A model generated the notes under the pieces. It worked only from the letters and a program-made list of their open reading frames with translations, was not told where the DNA came from and ran no database searches. A stretch of 64,000 bases of DNA from an uncultured Acidobacteriota bacterium (GTDB lineage: Bacteria > Acidobacteriota > Vicinamibacteria > Vicinamibacterales > UBA2999): positions 1,280,529 to 1,344,528 of the forward strand of contig CAWEAM010000003.1 in NCBI GenBank assembly GCA_963807105.1. The letters are read 5' to 3'. Of the stretch, positions 19,500 to 30,135 are shown one piece after another. The translations under genes and the position numbers were made by a program. Numbering within the stretch: the stretch's first letter is position 1; the number at the start of each line of letters is the position of its first letter.

Positions 19500-21969
19500 A
19501 TGCATTCACGAACGACCTCGCTCGTCGGCACGTTCACAATCGTTCTGCTCGCGGTCGCGGCCGCGGCGGGCGCGCAGCCGCCGGTGGTCCTTACCGGCCG
19601 TGTCGTCGCGAACGAAACGTCGCAGCCGATTGCCGACGCACGCGTCTCGCTCGAAGGCACGACGTTCGTTCGCATGAGCGATGCGGACGGCGCGTTCTCG
19701 TTTGGCGATGTCCCCAGGGGAAACTACATGCTGTCGGTCGCACGCGACGGTTTCGAGACCGTGCAGGTGCGCATTGACGTAGACGGCTCGAGCCGGCCGC
19801 TCGAGGTTCGCCTTCCGGTGCAGCTCGATTTGCGCGAAGAGGTGTCCGTAGTCGGACGAACCGTAGGCGAGCTTGGCCTCGGGGGGAGATCGACCACCGC
19901 GAGCCGTCTCGGTGTCAGGGTGTTGGACATCCCGGCGTCGATCGACGTCCTCGACAGCACGGTCATGGACGCGCGCGGCTACCAGAAGGTCAGCGACGCG
20001 GTCTCCAGCATGGCCGGCGTCGTCGCCGGCGAGCACGCGACGGCGCCGTCGTCGTTCGTCATCCGTGGCTTCACCACAAACCAGGTCAGCAACCTGCGCG
20101 ACGGCATCTGGCTTGGCCCCAGTGCCATGGTGATGCGCCCGCAGAATACTTTCAACCTGGAACGCGTCGAGCTCCTGCGCGGGCCGTCCTCGGTCATCAA
20201 CGGCCAGGGTGCCGTCGCAGGAACCATCAACTCGGTCACCAAGACGGCGGAGCCCACGGCCGCCACGACCGGCCAGGCGCTGCTGTCGTATGGCCGCTTC
20301 AACACCTATCATGCCGCCGCAGGCGCGACCGGGCCTGTCGGCGAGGCGGTTTGGTATCGCGCGGACATCAGCCGGAGCGGCTCTGACGGCTTCGTGCAGC
20401 ACATGGACTCCGGCTCGTCGAATGTCACGGGCAGCCTGCTGTGGCGTCCGACGCTGCGGGCGCGCGTGAAATTCAGCGCCGACTATCTGGACGACGACCT
20501 GGCCAAGTATTTCGGCACGCCGCTCGTGCCCGCCGACGCTGCCATCGAACCGCTCGACGTCATCAGAGCGACCACGGGCGAAGTCGTCGACGGCCGCATG
20601 CGCTTCGTCAACTACAACGTTTCCGACGGCTTCGCCGAATCGCAGCAACTGTTGCTGCGCTCCGACGTCGGCTGGGATCTGACCGAACGCGTGACGCTCA
20701 ATAACGTGCTTTACCACTTCAATGCCGATCGCCGCTGGAGGAACTCGGAAGGCTATGTCTACTGCTCGGCGATCGCTGACGTGTGCAGAGAGGTGGGTCA
20801 GATCCAGCGCTACTACGGCTATTTCCTGATCAACCACGACCAGCATCTCGTGGGCAACCGCCTCACACTGAACGTCGATGCTCCTGTAGCGAAACGAGAG
20901 CACCTCGCGGTCTTCGGCTTGGAAGCCTCGACCCTGGACTTCGAACGGACCCGAGGCTTTCGCATTGGCGTGCCGCTGGCGCCCGGCGATGCCGTCGATC
21001 CAGTAAATCCTGTACCGGGCGTGTACGGACTGGAGGAGGTTCGCGGCATCAGCCCGACCGACATTACAGCGTGGAGCCTTTTCGCCGAAAATTCTCTGGC
21101 CCTGACCGGTCGCCTGCGGCTGGCCGGGGGACTGCGCTTCGACGGGCTCGACCTCGAACGCCAGAACCTCGATGCCAATCGAAATGTCATTGCCGGCGGG
21201 TTTACCCGCAGCTACAACTGGTGGAGCTGGCGCGCGGGCGCCGTCTACACCGTCCTTCCGGGTGTCGTGACCTACGGGCAATACAGCAACGCGAAGGATC
21301 CGGTCAGCGCGAACGTGTTTCTGGTGAATGCAAACCAGAACTTCGACCTGACCGAAGCGACGCAGTGGGAGGCAGGTCTGAAAGCCGATGTCAACCGCGG
21401 CCGCACGCAGTTGACCCTCGCGTATTTCGATATCTCGCGCGACGACGTGCTGGAGCGATTCGCGCTGGACAGCGCGACCAACATCGGCGGCATCACGTCG
21501 AGAGGCGTGGAGCTGGCGGGCACGGTTCGCGTCGGCGATCCGGCGCGGCTGGGCGCCAATCTGGGCTTTACCGACTCATCGGTACCGGCCCTCGGCGAAT
21601 TTCGCGCGCTTCGCCGGCAATCGCCCGCCGAACGTCCCGCGCGTCACCGCCAACGCGTGGGCGAGCTATGAGGACATTGCGGGTCTTCCGATCGAGATCG
21701 GCGGATCCACCAGGTTCGTGGGCGACCGGTTCGCGAACAATGCGAACACCATCACGATGGAGGGCTACGCGCTCGCCGACGTGTACGTGGCATGGACTCG
21801 CGACCGCCTGCGTGTGACTGCGCGCGTGGACAATGTGACCGACACGATTTACGCGTCGTGGTCGGACGTCTTCTATCTCGGCCAGAACGATCCTTCGTTT
21901 CTTTATGCCAATCAGCTGATGCTCGGCGCGCCGCGAACCTTCTCGGTGATGCTCCAACTTGCTTTTTAG
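19500..21969 (+). CDS. TonB-dependent (siderophore-type) receptor, frame broken near 21585-21600
   Basis: ATG 19500. Signal peptide TFTIVLLAVAAAAGA. CarboxypepD_reg-like GRVVANETSQPIADARVSLEG..GNYMLSV. Plug SFVIRGF and ERVELLRGPSSVINGQGAVAGTIN. The barrel continues in the +1 frame: FAGNRPPNVPRVTANAWASY..LGAPRTFSVMLQLAF (ORF 21718..21969). Confidence 0.85.
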
Positions 21970-22050
21970 CGCGCGCCGTCCGTCGGCACAAACAAACCAT
22001 TCATCAGATTTCGAGCCTTTCCCACAGGGGCCCCACACATCATCGCGGCG

Positions 22051-24229
22051 ATGAGCGTGACCGCAGGTCTGCGCTTCGCGTCGCTGCTGGTGGTCGTGAC
22101 GCTCCCAAGTGCGTATGCGCAGACACCTCCCGTGCCGCTTGCCGCCACACGGCTCACCGCACCGCCCGTCATCGACGGCAAATTGGGCGACGAATGGCGA
22201 TCCGCGCCGCCGTCGCCGCTCACCTTCCAAACCCAGCCTGGGGACAACGCCGCGCCGTCAGAGCGCACCGAGTTTCGCCTCGGCTACGACGACACACATC
22301 TCTACCTTGCGATTCGCGCGTGGGATTCGGACCCGTCGGCCATCCGCGGCCGCGTCACCCGCCGCGACGATATCTTCGCGGACGACTACGTGACGGTGCA
22401 TCTCGACACCTACGACGATCGCCGTCGCGCGTATGTGTTCTCGTTCAACCCGCTCGGCATTCAGGGCGATGGTCTGTACAACGAGGGCGTGTCGACGGGG
22501 AGAAACTTCGACGGCAACATCGACCGCACGTGGGATGGTGTGCTGACGTCGAAGGGCCTGGTGGTGGAGGATGGCTACATTATCGAGGTGGCGATTCCGT
22601 TCAACAGCCTGCGCTACCAGCTCGGCGCAGACCGATCGTGGGGCCTGCACGTGCAGCGCTGGATCGCGCGCAAAGCAGAAAGCATTTCGTGGCGGCCGAT
22701 TTCGCGCGAGGTGCCGTCTCTGCTCACGCAGATGGGCGCGCTCAGCGGCATCAGCGACGTCGGCCGAGGCCCTTCGATTGACGTGATTCCAACGCTGACC
22801 ACGGCGATCAGCGCGGACCGGCAGCTCGATGGCTCCCTGGCGAACACCACCGACTACGAGCCTGGGATCACAGGGAGCTGGGCGATGACGCCGAACGTGA
22901 CGCTCAGCGCAACCGCCAACCCTGACTTCTCGCAGATCGAGGCCGACGTGCCGCAGATCGAAGTGAATCAGCGCTTTCCCTTGCGCTACGCCGAGAAGCG
23001 CCCGTTCTTTCTCGAGGGCGGGCAGTTCTTCCGCTCTCCCGGCGCGCTCAACTTCGTCGAGACGCGGCAGATCGTCGATCCCGATTGGGGCGCGAAGCTC
23101 ACCGCAAAGTCCGGTCGCAACACCTACGCGCTGCTTGTGGCCGCAGACGCGGCGCCGGGACTCACGGTGCCCACGAACCATCCGAACTACGGGCAAGCGG
23201 CACAAGTGGCCATCGGGCGGTATCAGCGCGACATCCTCCAGAACTCCACGGTAGGAGCGTTCGTGACCACACGCCACTTCGCCGACCGGGACAACACCGT
23301 GATCGCCGTAGACGGTCAGCTGCGGCTGCCGCGACAGACGGTCGGCTACCAGGGATCGCTGTCGTTCACCGACGACGCCCAGGGCCAGGCCACTGGTGAC
23401 GCGACCTACGTGTGGTACGACTTCGTCGGACGCCACTGGCGCGTGTTCGTGAACGACCAGCGGATCTCCGGCGACTATCGCGCCGACCTCGCGTTCGTGC
23501 GGCGCACCGGGTTCAAGATGAACTCCACCAACATCGGCTACGAATTCCAGGGGGCGAACACCTGGTGGGTTCGTGCGCGTCCGTTCATCGTGGCGCGCGC
23601 GTTGCGCCTGCCCGACGGAACGCTCGACGAGTCGTACGCCGATCCCGGCGTTGATGTGACGTTCGCGCGCGACGTGACGCTCTACGCCTACCGATCCTGG
23701 CATCGCAACTCGTTCCTCGGCCGCGAGGTACAACCGGCAGTTCACGTCGTTGAGCAGCACGGTCAACACCTTCAAACGCCTTGCGCTGAGCGGCCGCGTC
23801 GTCGTGGGCGAGGACGTGCACTACGATCCGGCCAACCCGCAGGTGGGACACTTGCTCGATCTCAGCCTGACCGTGACCCTCAAGCCGGATGCACGGCTCA
23901 ACTCCGAGATGCTGTATCTGAAGAGCCGCCTGCTGGAACGAGGCACCAACCGCGAGTTGTTCAACCAGGACATCGTCCGCAATCGCACGAACTACCAGTT
24001 CACGCGCGAGCATGCGGCTCGATCGATCGTCGAATACAACACGCTGTCGCGCCGAATCAGCGTCAGCCTGCTCTATACGTATCTGCCGCAGCCCAACACA
24101 TCGATCCATGCTGGCTACGGCGATGTGCTGTTCGACGATCTCGATCCGCTGACCCGCGAGCGGGTCGACGGATGGCAGCGGCAGCGGCGCACAGTGTTCG
24201 TGAAGCTGTCGCACAATTTCCGCCGATAG
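22051..24229 (+). CDS. DUF5916 / CBM9-like domain outer-membrane-type protein, frame broken at 23727-23728
   Basis: Signal peptide. PPVIDGKLGDEWRSA..TEFRLGYDDTHLYLAIRAWD..DDYVTVHLDTYDDRRRAYVFSFNPLGIQGD. After FLGRE the protein continues as YNRQFTSLSSTVNTFKRLALSG.. in the +1 frame (ORF 23750..24229), ending FVKLSHNFRR. An extra g in cgcga[gg]tac explains the break. Confidence 0.75.
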
Positions 24230-24320
24230 GGGCGGATCGCCCACTCATGGGCAGCAGCGACCGGTCATGGGCCGTGGCGGCGCCGCGCGGCCGCCGTCCC
24301 CTACAATTGGGGACCACCTC

Positions 24321-26177
24321 ATGCCGCCCGACCTGCTGCACGTTGTCGGCTATCTCACCGGGACGGCGCTCTATTTCATGCTGCTGGTGATGGCGGTCCG
24401 CGACCGGGCGGGTGACCGTCTCACACTCGGGACGGCCGTGCTCGGCCTGAGCTGGAATATCGGTGAGCTCGGTGTGTACGCGCTTCGCGCGCTCGACGCA
24501 GGTCGCGGCGAATGGCTGTCCGTTGCGTCGTTCACCGCCCTCGGTTTTCTCGCCGCCGTCGTCGTACATTCCGTTGGCCGCGGCGCACGCGGTAATAACA
24601 CACCGGCGGCGCCAGTGGCGAGGCCGCTGACCCTGATCGCGTACAGCGCAGCGGCCATCGCCGGCGTGATGCATCTGGTTGCGGCTGCCTCCGGCTCGCC
24701 GGTACCGAACTCTCAGGCGCTCGTCTTGCTGACCGGCAGCCTCCTGGCGCTATCCCCCGTGATGCTGTTCGCAACGCGGCTCCAGACCAACGGGCGCCGT
24801 GCGATGTGGATGATCGCGCTCGCCGTGTTTGCCGTCTCGGCGCTGCATCTCGGCAACTTTCATGGGCCACGTGAGTCGTGGATCGCCGAGCTCCTCGGGC
24901 ATCATGCGTCGATTCCTCTCGCGTTTGCCATCCTCTATCAGGACTATCGCTTCGCTCTCGCCGATCTGTTCCTGAAGCAGGCCCTGACGCTCCTTGCCGC
25001 TGTGGCCATCGTCTTCGCGGCGTGGGCCGCGATCGGCCCAACGCTGTCGCCGAGCCTCTCTCCGCGCGTGATCGGCGTGCTGCTCGCCCTCTGGGCAGTA
25101 AGCTTGCTGGTCTTCCCGTGGCTGCGCGGCGCGATCGGACACTTCGTGGATCGGGTCATTCTCGGGCGCGCCAACTACGCCTTGTTCGTGGACGATGTCA
25201 GCGCGCTGATTCAGCGCTGCAACGTGGAAAGAGACGTGCTCGACCGCACGTGCGGTTCGGTGGCGCCGGCGCTCACCGCGACCGCCGTGCACTGGGAGCA
25301 TCGCAACGCCATCGGCCACGTCGGCGTAAGCGGGCTCGAGGTGGCAATCCCGACCGCCGATGCTCCGTACCCGGTCCTCATCATCGAACAGCTTGCCGGC
25401 GGACGGCGCCTGCTCTCGGACGATCTGTCGATGCTCGAGCGCGTCGCCTTCGTGCTCGGACGCCGCATCGACGCCATCCGTCTCACTGACGAGCGCTACG
25501 AGCAGATGTCGCGCGAACGCGAGATTCGATCGCTGGCGACGGAAGCGGAGTTGAAGGCGCTGCGCGCGCAGATCAATCCGCATTTCCTGTTCAACGCGCT
25601 GACCACGATCAGCTACCTGATCGAGACCGCCCCGCCGCGCGCGCTCGCCACCCTGCTGCGCCTCACGACGCTGCTGCGCAGCGTGCTCCGCTCTGACGGC
25701 GAGTTCACGACCGTGCGGCGTGAACGCGAGTTGATCGCGTCGTATCTGGCCATCGAGCACGAGCGGTTCGAGGAGCGTCTCGAGATCGAGATCGACATTC
25801 CACAGGCACTGGACGACGTCGCGCTGCCATCCTTGATCGTCCAGCCGTTGGTCGAGAACGCCGTGAAGCATGGCATCGCGCCGGCCCGCGGCGGCGGCCG
25901 CATCGTTGTGTCGGTCTCGCGCGACGACGCCGCCGGGGACCTCGTGATTTACGTGCGCAACACTGGCGCGCCGTTTCGGGGCCGCGTGGCAACCGGCGAC
26001 GGCGGCGTCGGCTTGCAGAACGTCGAGCGGCGACTGTTGTCGCATTACGGTGACCGCGCCGCGTTGCGGGTCATAGCGGCGGCCGACGGAAGCACGCTGG
26101 CCGAGTTGCGCTTTCCCGCCGGCGACGCAGACACTCTCGCGGGGGCCACACACACCGTCCGGAGGCGTGCTGGATGA
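24321..26177 (+). CDS. LytS/YehU-type sensor histidine kinase
   Basis: Polytopic N-terminal sensor. LRAQINPHFLFNALTTISYLI (His_kinase internal region). HATPase_c motifs LIVQPLVENAVKHG and GGVGLQNVERRL. Confidence 0.85.
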   Translation: MPPDLLHVVGYLTGTALYFMLLVMAVRDRAGDRLTLGTAVLGLSWNIGELGVYALRALDAGRGEWLSVASFTALGFLAAVVVHSVGRGARGNNTPAAPVARPLTLIAYSAAAIAGVMHLVAAASGSPVPNSQALVLLTGSLLALSPVMLFATRLQTNGRRAMWMIALAVFAVSALHLGNFHGPRESWIAELLGHHASIPLAFAILYQDYRFALADLFLKQALTLLAAVAIVFAAWAAIGPTLSPSLSPRVIGVLLALWAVSLLVFPWLRGAIGHFVDRVILGRANYALFVDDVSALIQRCNVERDVLDRTCGSVAPALTATAVHWEHRNAIGHVGVSGLEVAIPTADAPYPVLIIEQLAGGRRLLSDDLSMLERVAFVLGRRIDAIRLTDERYEQMSREREIRSLATEAELKALRAQINPHFLFNALTTISYLIETAPPRALATLLRLTTLLRSVLRSDGEFTTVRRERELIASYLAIEHERFEERLEIEIDIPQALDDVALPSLIVQPLVENAVKHGIAPARGGGRIVVSVSRDDAAGDLVIYVRNTGAPFRGRVATGDGGVGLQNVERRLLSHYGDRAALRVIAAADGSTLAELRFPAGDADTLAGATHTVRRRAG

Positions 26178-26956
26178 GCCGCGTCCTTCGCGTCATTGTC
26201 GCGGACGACGAACGGCCGGCGCGACGTTTTCTGACGGGGCTGCTGAAATCAACGGACGATGTGGAAATCGCCGGCGAAGCGGCCTCGGGGCAAGAGGCGC
26301 TGGAGCTGATCGAACGCGTACGACCCGAACTGGCGCTCCTCGACCTGCAGATGCCGGAGATGGGCGGACTCGATGTCGTGCGTTACGTGACCACCACTGC
26401 ACTCCCCCTGGTCGCATTCGTCACCGCGTATGACGATTACGCGGTGGAAGCGTTCGAGCTGAACGCGATCGATTACCTGCTCAAGCCGGTGGAGAAGGAT
26501 CGGCTGGAGGCGACGCTGACACGCGCCCGCGAGCGGCTCAAACGGCCGGACTCCCCAGCACACCGCGCCGCGGCGATTGCCACGGCCGCAAAGGCATACG
26601 AGCAGGCCGCGCGCCGCCCGTATCTCGAACGCATTCCCGTGCGGCGGCGCGACGAAGTGATCATCCTCCCTGTGCGCCAGATCGCTTCCGTGGTCGCCGA
26701 GGGCGAGTTACTTCACATCACGACCGCAGGAAACGATCGCTATACGATCAGTCACCGCCTGCACGCCCTGGAGGAGCGTCTCGACCCGCGCCGCTTCGTC
26801 CGTCTGGGGCGCGGCACGCTGGCGAACATCGATCTGATTGCCCGAGTCAGCGCCATGCCGGGAGGCACCTATCTCGCCAGGCTCACCAATGGACAGGAGC
26901 TCGCAGTCAGCCGTATACAGTCACGCGCGTTGAGAGAAACGTTGCTCAAGCTCTGA
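26174..26956 (+). CDS. LytTR-family response regulator
   Basis: ATG overlaps the kinase stop (ATGA). REC domain (LRVIVADDERPARRFL..LLDLQMPEMGG..VTAYDDYAVEAFELNAIDYLLKP). C-terminal LytTR domain (ERIPVRRRDEVIILPV..LHITT..YTISHRL). Confidence 0.9.
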   Translation: MSRVLRVIVADDERPARRFLTGLLKSTDDVEIAGEAASGQEALELIERVRPELALLDLQMPEMGGLDVVRYVTTTALPLVAFVTAYDDYAVEAFELNAIDYLLKPVEKDRLEATLTRARERLKRPDSPAHRAAAIATAAKAYEQAARRPYLERIPVRRRDEVIILPVRQIASVVAEGELLHITTAGNDRYTISHRLHALEERLDPRRFVRLGRGTLANIDLIARVSAMPGGTYLARLTNGQELAVSRIQSRALRETLLKL

Positions 26957-27167
26957 CAGACGATCGAGCTTCAACCAGCGTGCGATTCGATTTCAAGACC
27001 CACCGCCAGAACCGAACGCCGAACATCCGACGCCACCCAGCCTTCGGCGTCCGGCTAAAGCGGGGACTCGCGACTCGCCGACTGAAGTGCCAGGCGCGCC
27101 GCCCTGCCCGTGCGGGTGCGACGCGCCTTGGTCCTCGATGGGGGGCCCAAACCCTCACATCGAGTGA

Positions 27168-28556
27168 CTAGCGGCGATCCGGAATCGTGATTTCCACAGT
27201 TCGGTCGTCGTCGCTGTCAGGATGCTGGATGTTGACCCACGCGCGACGCTTGTTGAATGGGTCGAAATAGAGGCCCGTGAACTCCGAGCCGACCGCACCA
27301 TTGGACGCCCAGCGCGCGAGCCCTTCGCCCGCGTCCGTCAGATCGCCGTCCTGGTTCAAGTCGTTCGCGAACCAGAGGTCGTTGTTGCTGCCGCCGGCGC
27401 TGTCTTCGACCACGTAGATGTTGTTGTCGCCGTCGATGGCGAGATTGTCGACACCGTTTAGAGCGCTTCCCACGGCGACGCCGGTCGCCAGATTGATCGT
27501 CTGCGCGTTGACGAAGACCGAGATCGTGCTGTTCTTGAGATCGATCCGGTAGACCTCGCCGGTCGACGTGGTCGTGAAGTAGAGATAGTCATTGCCCTTC
27601 AGCGTCTGCCTCTGCATGTCCTCGGGACGCTGATAGTCGGTTCCCTTGAAGGCCGTGAGGTTCGTGGTGTTGCGGGCGTCGACCGAGGTCACGCCGCGCA
27701 CGTCGGTGATCGTGATCGCGCCAGGGAGCGCCGCGCCGTCTGCGTTCGTGAACGGAATCCACAGGAACGGCCCGGTCGCGTTCGCGGTCGCGCCGTTACC
27801 GACGCGCAGCACGAATGTCTGACCGGCCGCGAAGTAATCGGCGGCGCCGCGCATGACGTCGCTGAGCTTCGCCTGCGACACGTACTTATAGATGTTCCCG
27901 CCGTTCAGCTCGTCGATGAAGTAGAAGTTGCCGTCGCTGTCGAACTGTATGCCTTCGTGTGACGTGCGAGGAATCACGTTCTGATGGACGAAGATGGCGT
28001 TGATATTCTTCGCAGCCGATGGCGTGCCGACGATGGCCGGAGCATCGACGGCATTCTTGAACTCGAAGAGCCGCCCGTACGGCGATGTCGATCCGGCCGC
28101 GGCGGTCTCCCAGGATTCCTCACCCGTGATGAATGTGCCCCACGGAGTCCAGTACGAGGGATCGAACGACACGTGATCGCCGGGATTGGGGCTGTGCCAG
28201 ATGGTGTCGGTAACGCCGGTCTCGAGATCGTGCCGCTGCACGCCCGACTGATCCGTTTCGAAGACCGTGAACAGGAAGCGCCCCGCGTGCGGCCCGGTCT
28301 CGTTGGTGGTGATCATGTCCCAGTTGCCGCTGTTGGGAATGCCCGCAGCCAGCTGCGCCTGCCGATTCGCAATCGAGCGCTGCTCGAAGGCTTCGCTGCT
28401 CAAGATCAACGGAAACTCCTCGTCAGCGGCTGGGCCAGACGAAGCGGTCAGCGGCGTGAAGTCCGAGAACCGGGTGCCGTCGGCGATCAGCGCCGCGCCG
28501 GCGACGAACAGACCGCTCGCGGTGATCAGGCGTGCACGATTGAGGAACACTCTCAT
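27168..28556 (-). CDS. secreted beta-propeller protein, PhoX/DUF839-like
   Basis: Signal peptide. TPWGTFITGEE, SHEGIQFDSDGNFYFIDE and GVDNLAIDGDNNIYVVEDS are typical of DUF839/PhoX propellers. Phosphatase function not established. Confidence 0.6.
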   Translation of the reverse strand: MRVFLNRARLITASGLFVAGAALIADGTRFSDFTPLTASSGPAADEEFPLILSSEAFEQRSIANRQAQLAAGIPNSGNWDMITTNETGPHAGRFLFTVFETDQSGVQRHDLETGVTDTIWHSPNPGDHVSFDPSYWTPWGTFITGEESWETAAAGSTSPYGRLFEFKNAVDAPAIVGTPSAAKNINAIFVHQNVIPRTSHEGIQFDSDGNFYFIDELNGGNIYKYVSQAKLSDVMRGAADYFAAGQTFVLRVGNGATANATGPFLWIPFTNADGAALPGAITITDVRGVTSVDARNTTNLTAFKGTDYQRPEDMQRQTLKGNDYLYFTTTSTGEVYRIDLKNSTISVFVNAQTINLATGVAVGSALNGVDNLAIDGDNNIYVVEDSAGGSNNDLWFANDLNQDGDLTDAGEGLARWASNGAVGSEFTGLYFDPFNKRRAWVNIQHPDSDDDRTVEITIPDRR

Positions 28557-29357
28557 TTTCAGTTCTCCAGTCGGGGGAACAGTGTGATTGCGTGAGCACT
28601 GCGACCATCACATGCGTGGCTGCTGGATCAGGAGCCGCGGCTGCGAAGCGTCGACAGCAGACTGAGTAGTTGTACCGGCCTGGTGTTACGAGCAAGTGGA
28701 CGGGACGTGACTTCGACGCAAATTCTCGAAGCCCGTCAGCTCGCAGGGAGCGCCGAGCGTTTCAAGCGCGGCAGGCGCGGAGGAGCGTACAAAAGGAAGA
28801 GGTCGCCGGAAGAACGCCGGCGACCTCGTGCGAGCGAGCGCATCCGTTGTTGATCGTGCCCGGTGGCCGACGCCGCATCCTTCTCGAGCTTAGCGGCCAT
28901 GGCATCGAGCTCATCGAGCACGGCGACGGCGCCGCGCTCCTTGTCGGTGCGCAGGCCTCGGGTGGCTACTGGTCGACCTAATGACGAGGCCGATGCGCTT
29001 TACGACGCGACGCGTGGCATCTGGAAACTTGGCAAACGTCGCGAAGGTGCAGAGTTTGCGCTCGCCGTATTCCAAGGTCAGACTAGTCCCGGAAGCCACT
29101 TGCATTGACGTCGCCAACGGCGCGAGCCGCTTCAAACCATGCTGGTTTGGCCCGGGGTAGTCAGATTGCCACGATGTGGTTACGTCAACTCCAGTGCATT
29201 GAGGGATTATTCGAGAGCGACGAGAGGGACACCGACGTATCGACCAGTCGGGCCAGAACGTGCCCTTGCGGCGATGAGGGGCCCTCGACAGCATCTGAGA
29301 GTTGTGCTCGGGCTATGACTCCGCGATCGGACACGTTCGGCCACGCCGTTCAGGGAG

Positions 29358-30122
29358 ATGTGCATGATTTCGTTCCCCGAGATCACCCGAGAGCGCTTCG
29401 ACGCGATTCTGTTCGACCTGGACGGTGTGTTGACGGCGACCGCCACGCTCCATGCAGCCGCGTGGAAGCAGATGTTCGACATCTTCCTGCAGCGCCGGGC
29501 CGGAGCGCAGGATCGACATTTCATCCCGTTCGACAGCGGTGAAGACTACCGACGATACGTCGACGGCAAGCCGCGCTTCGATGGGGTCCGCAGCTTTCTG
29601 GCATCCCGACAAATCGATCTGCCGTACGGAGCACCGACCGATCCGCCGACCGCTGAAACCGTATGCGGACTCGGCAACCACAAAAATGCGTTGGTCAACG
29701 AGATCATGGCGCGGGAAGGAGTCGAAGCGTATCCGGGGTCGGTCAGGGCGGTGGACTTTCTGCGAAAGCAGGGATACAAGACGGGGGTGGTTTCCTCGAG
29801 CGAAAACTGTGCCGCCATTCTCGCGGCGGCACGGATCGAGTCCCGTTTCGATGTCCGTGTTGACGGTCAGATCGCTTCAGATCTGGGTCTTGCCGGGAAG
29901 CCGGAGCCGGACACGTTCCTTGCGGCCGCCCGACAACTCGGGGTCGAGCCCGCGCGCGCCATCGTGGTCGAGGACGCCATTGCCGGTGTGCGAGCCGGGA
30001 AGAAGGGCGGCTTCGGACTGGTGATTGGAATCGCTCGAACCGGCAACTCCGACGCGTTGCGACACGAGGGAGCCGACTTCGTGGTCGCAGACCTCGAGGA
30101 ATTGCTGCCACCACGGTCCTGA
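29358..30122 (+). CDS. pgmB: beta-phosphoglucomutase-family HAD hydrolase
   Basis: DAILFDLDGVLT (HAD motif I), VVSSSEN, GKPEPDTFL, VVEDAIAGVRAG. Sits immediately upstream of a GH65 phosphorylase, the classical pairing. Confidence 0.8.
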   Translation: MCMISFPEITRERFDAILFDLDGVLTATATLHAAAWKQMFDIFLQRRAGAQDRHFIPFDSGEDYRRYVDGKPRFDGVRSFLASRQIDLPYGAPTDPPTAETVCGLGNHKNALVNEIMAREGVEAYPGSVRAVDFLRKQGYKTGVVSSSENCAAILAAARIESRFDVRVDGQIASDLGLAGKPEPDTFLAAARQLGVEPARAIVVEDAIAGVRAGKKGGFGLVIGIARTGNSDALRHEGADFVVADLEELLPPRS

Positions 30123-30135
30123 GACGCTGACGCTC

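Noticed and set aside
28670-29357. Possible decayed gene between the PhoX-like gene and pgmB. ..DALYDATRGIWKLGKRREGAEFALAVFQG.. continues in other frames as VRLVPEATCIDV.. and ..GYVN.
   Set aside because: It resembles a conserved hypothetical family I only vaguely recall. The sense is spread over three frames with no start, and I cannot name the family, so it is recorded only as probable debris.
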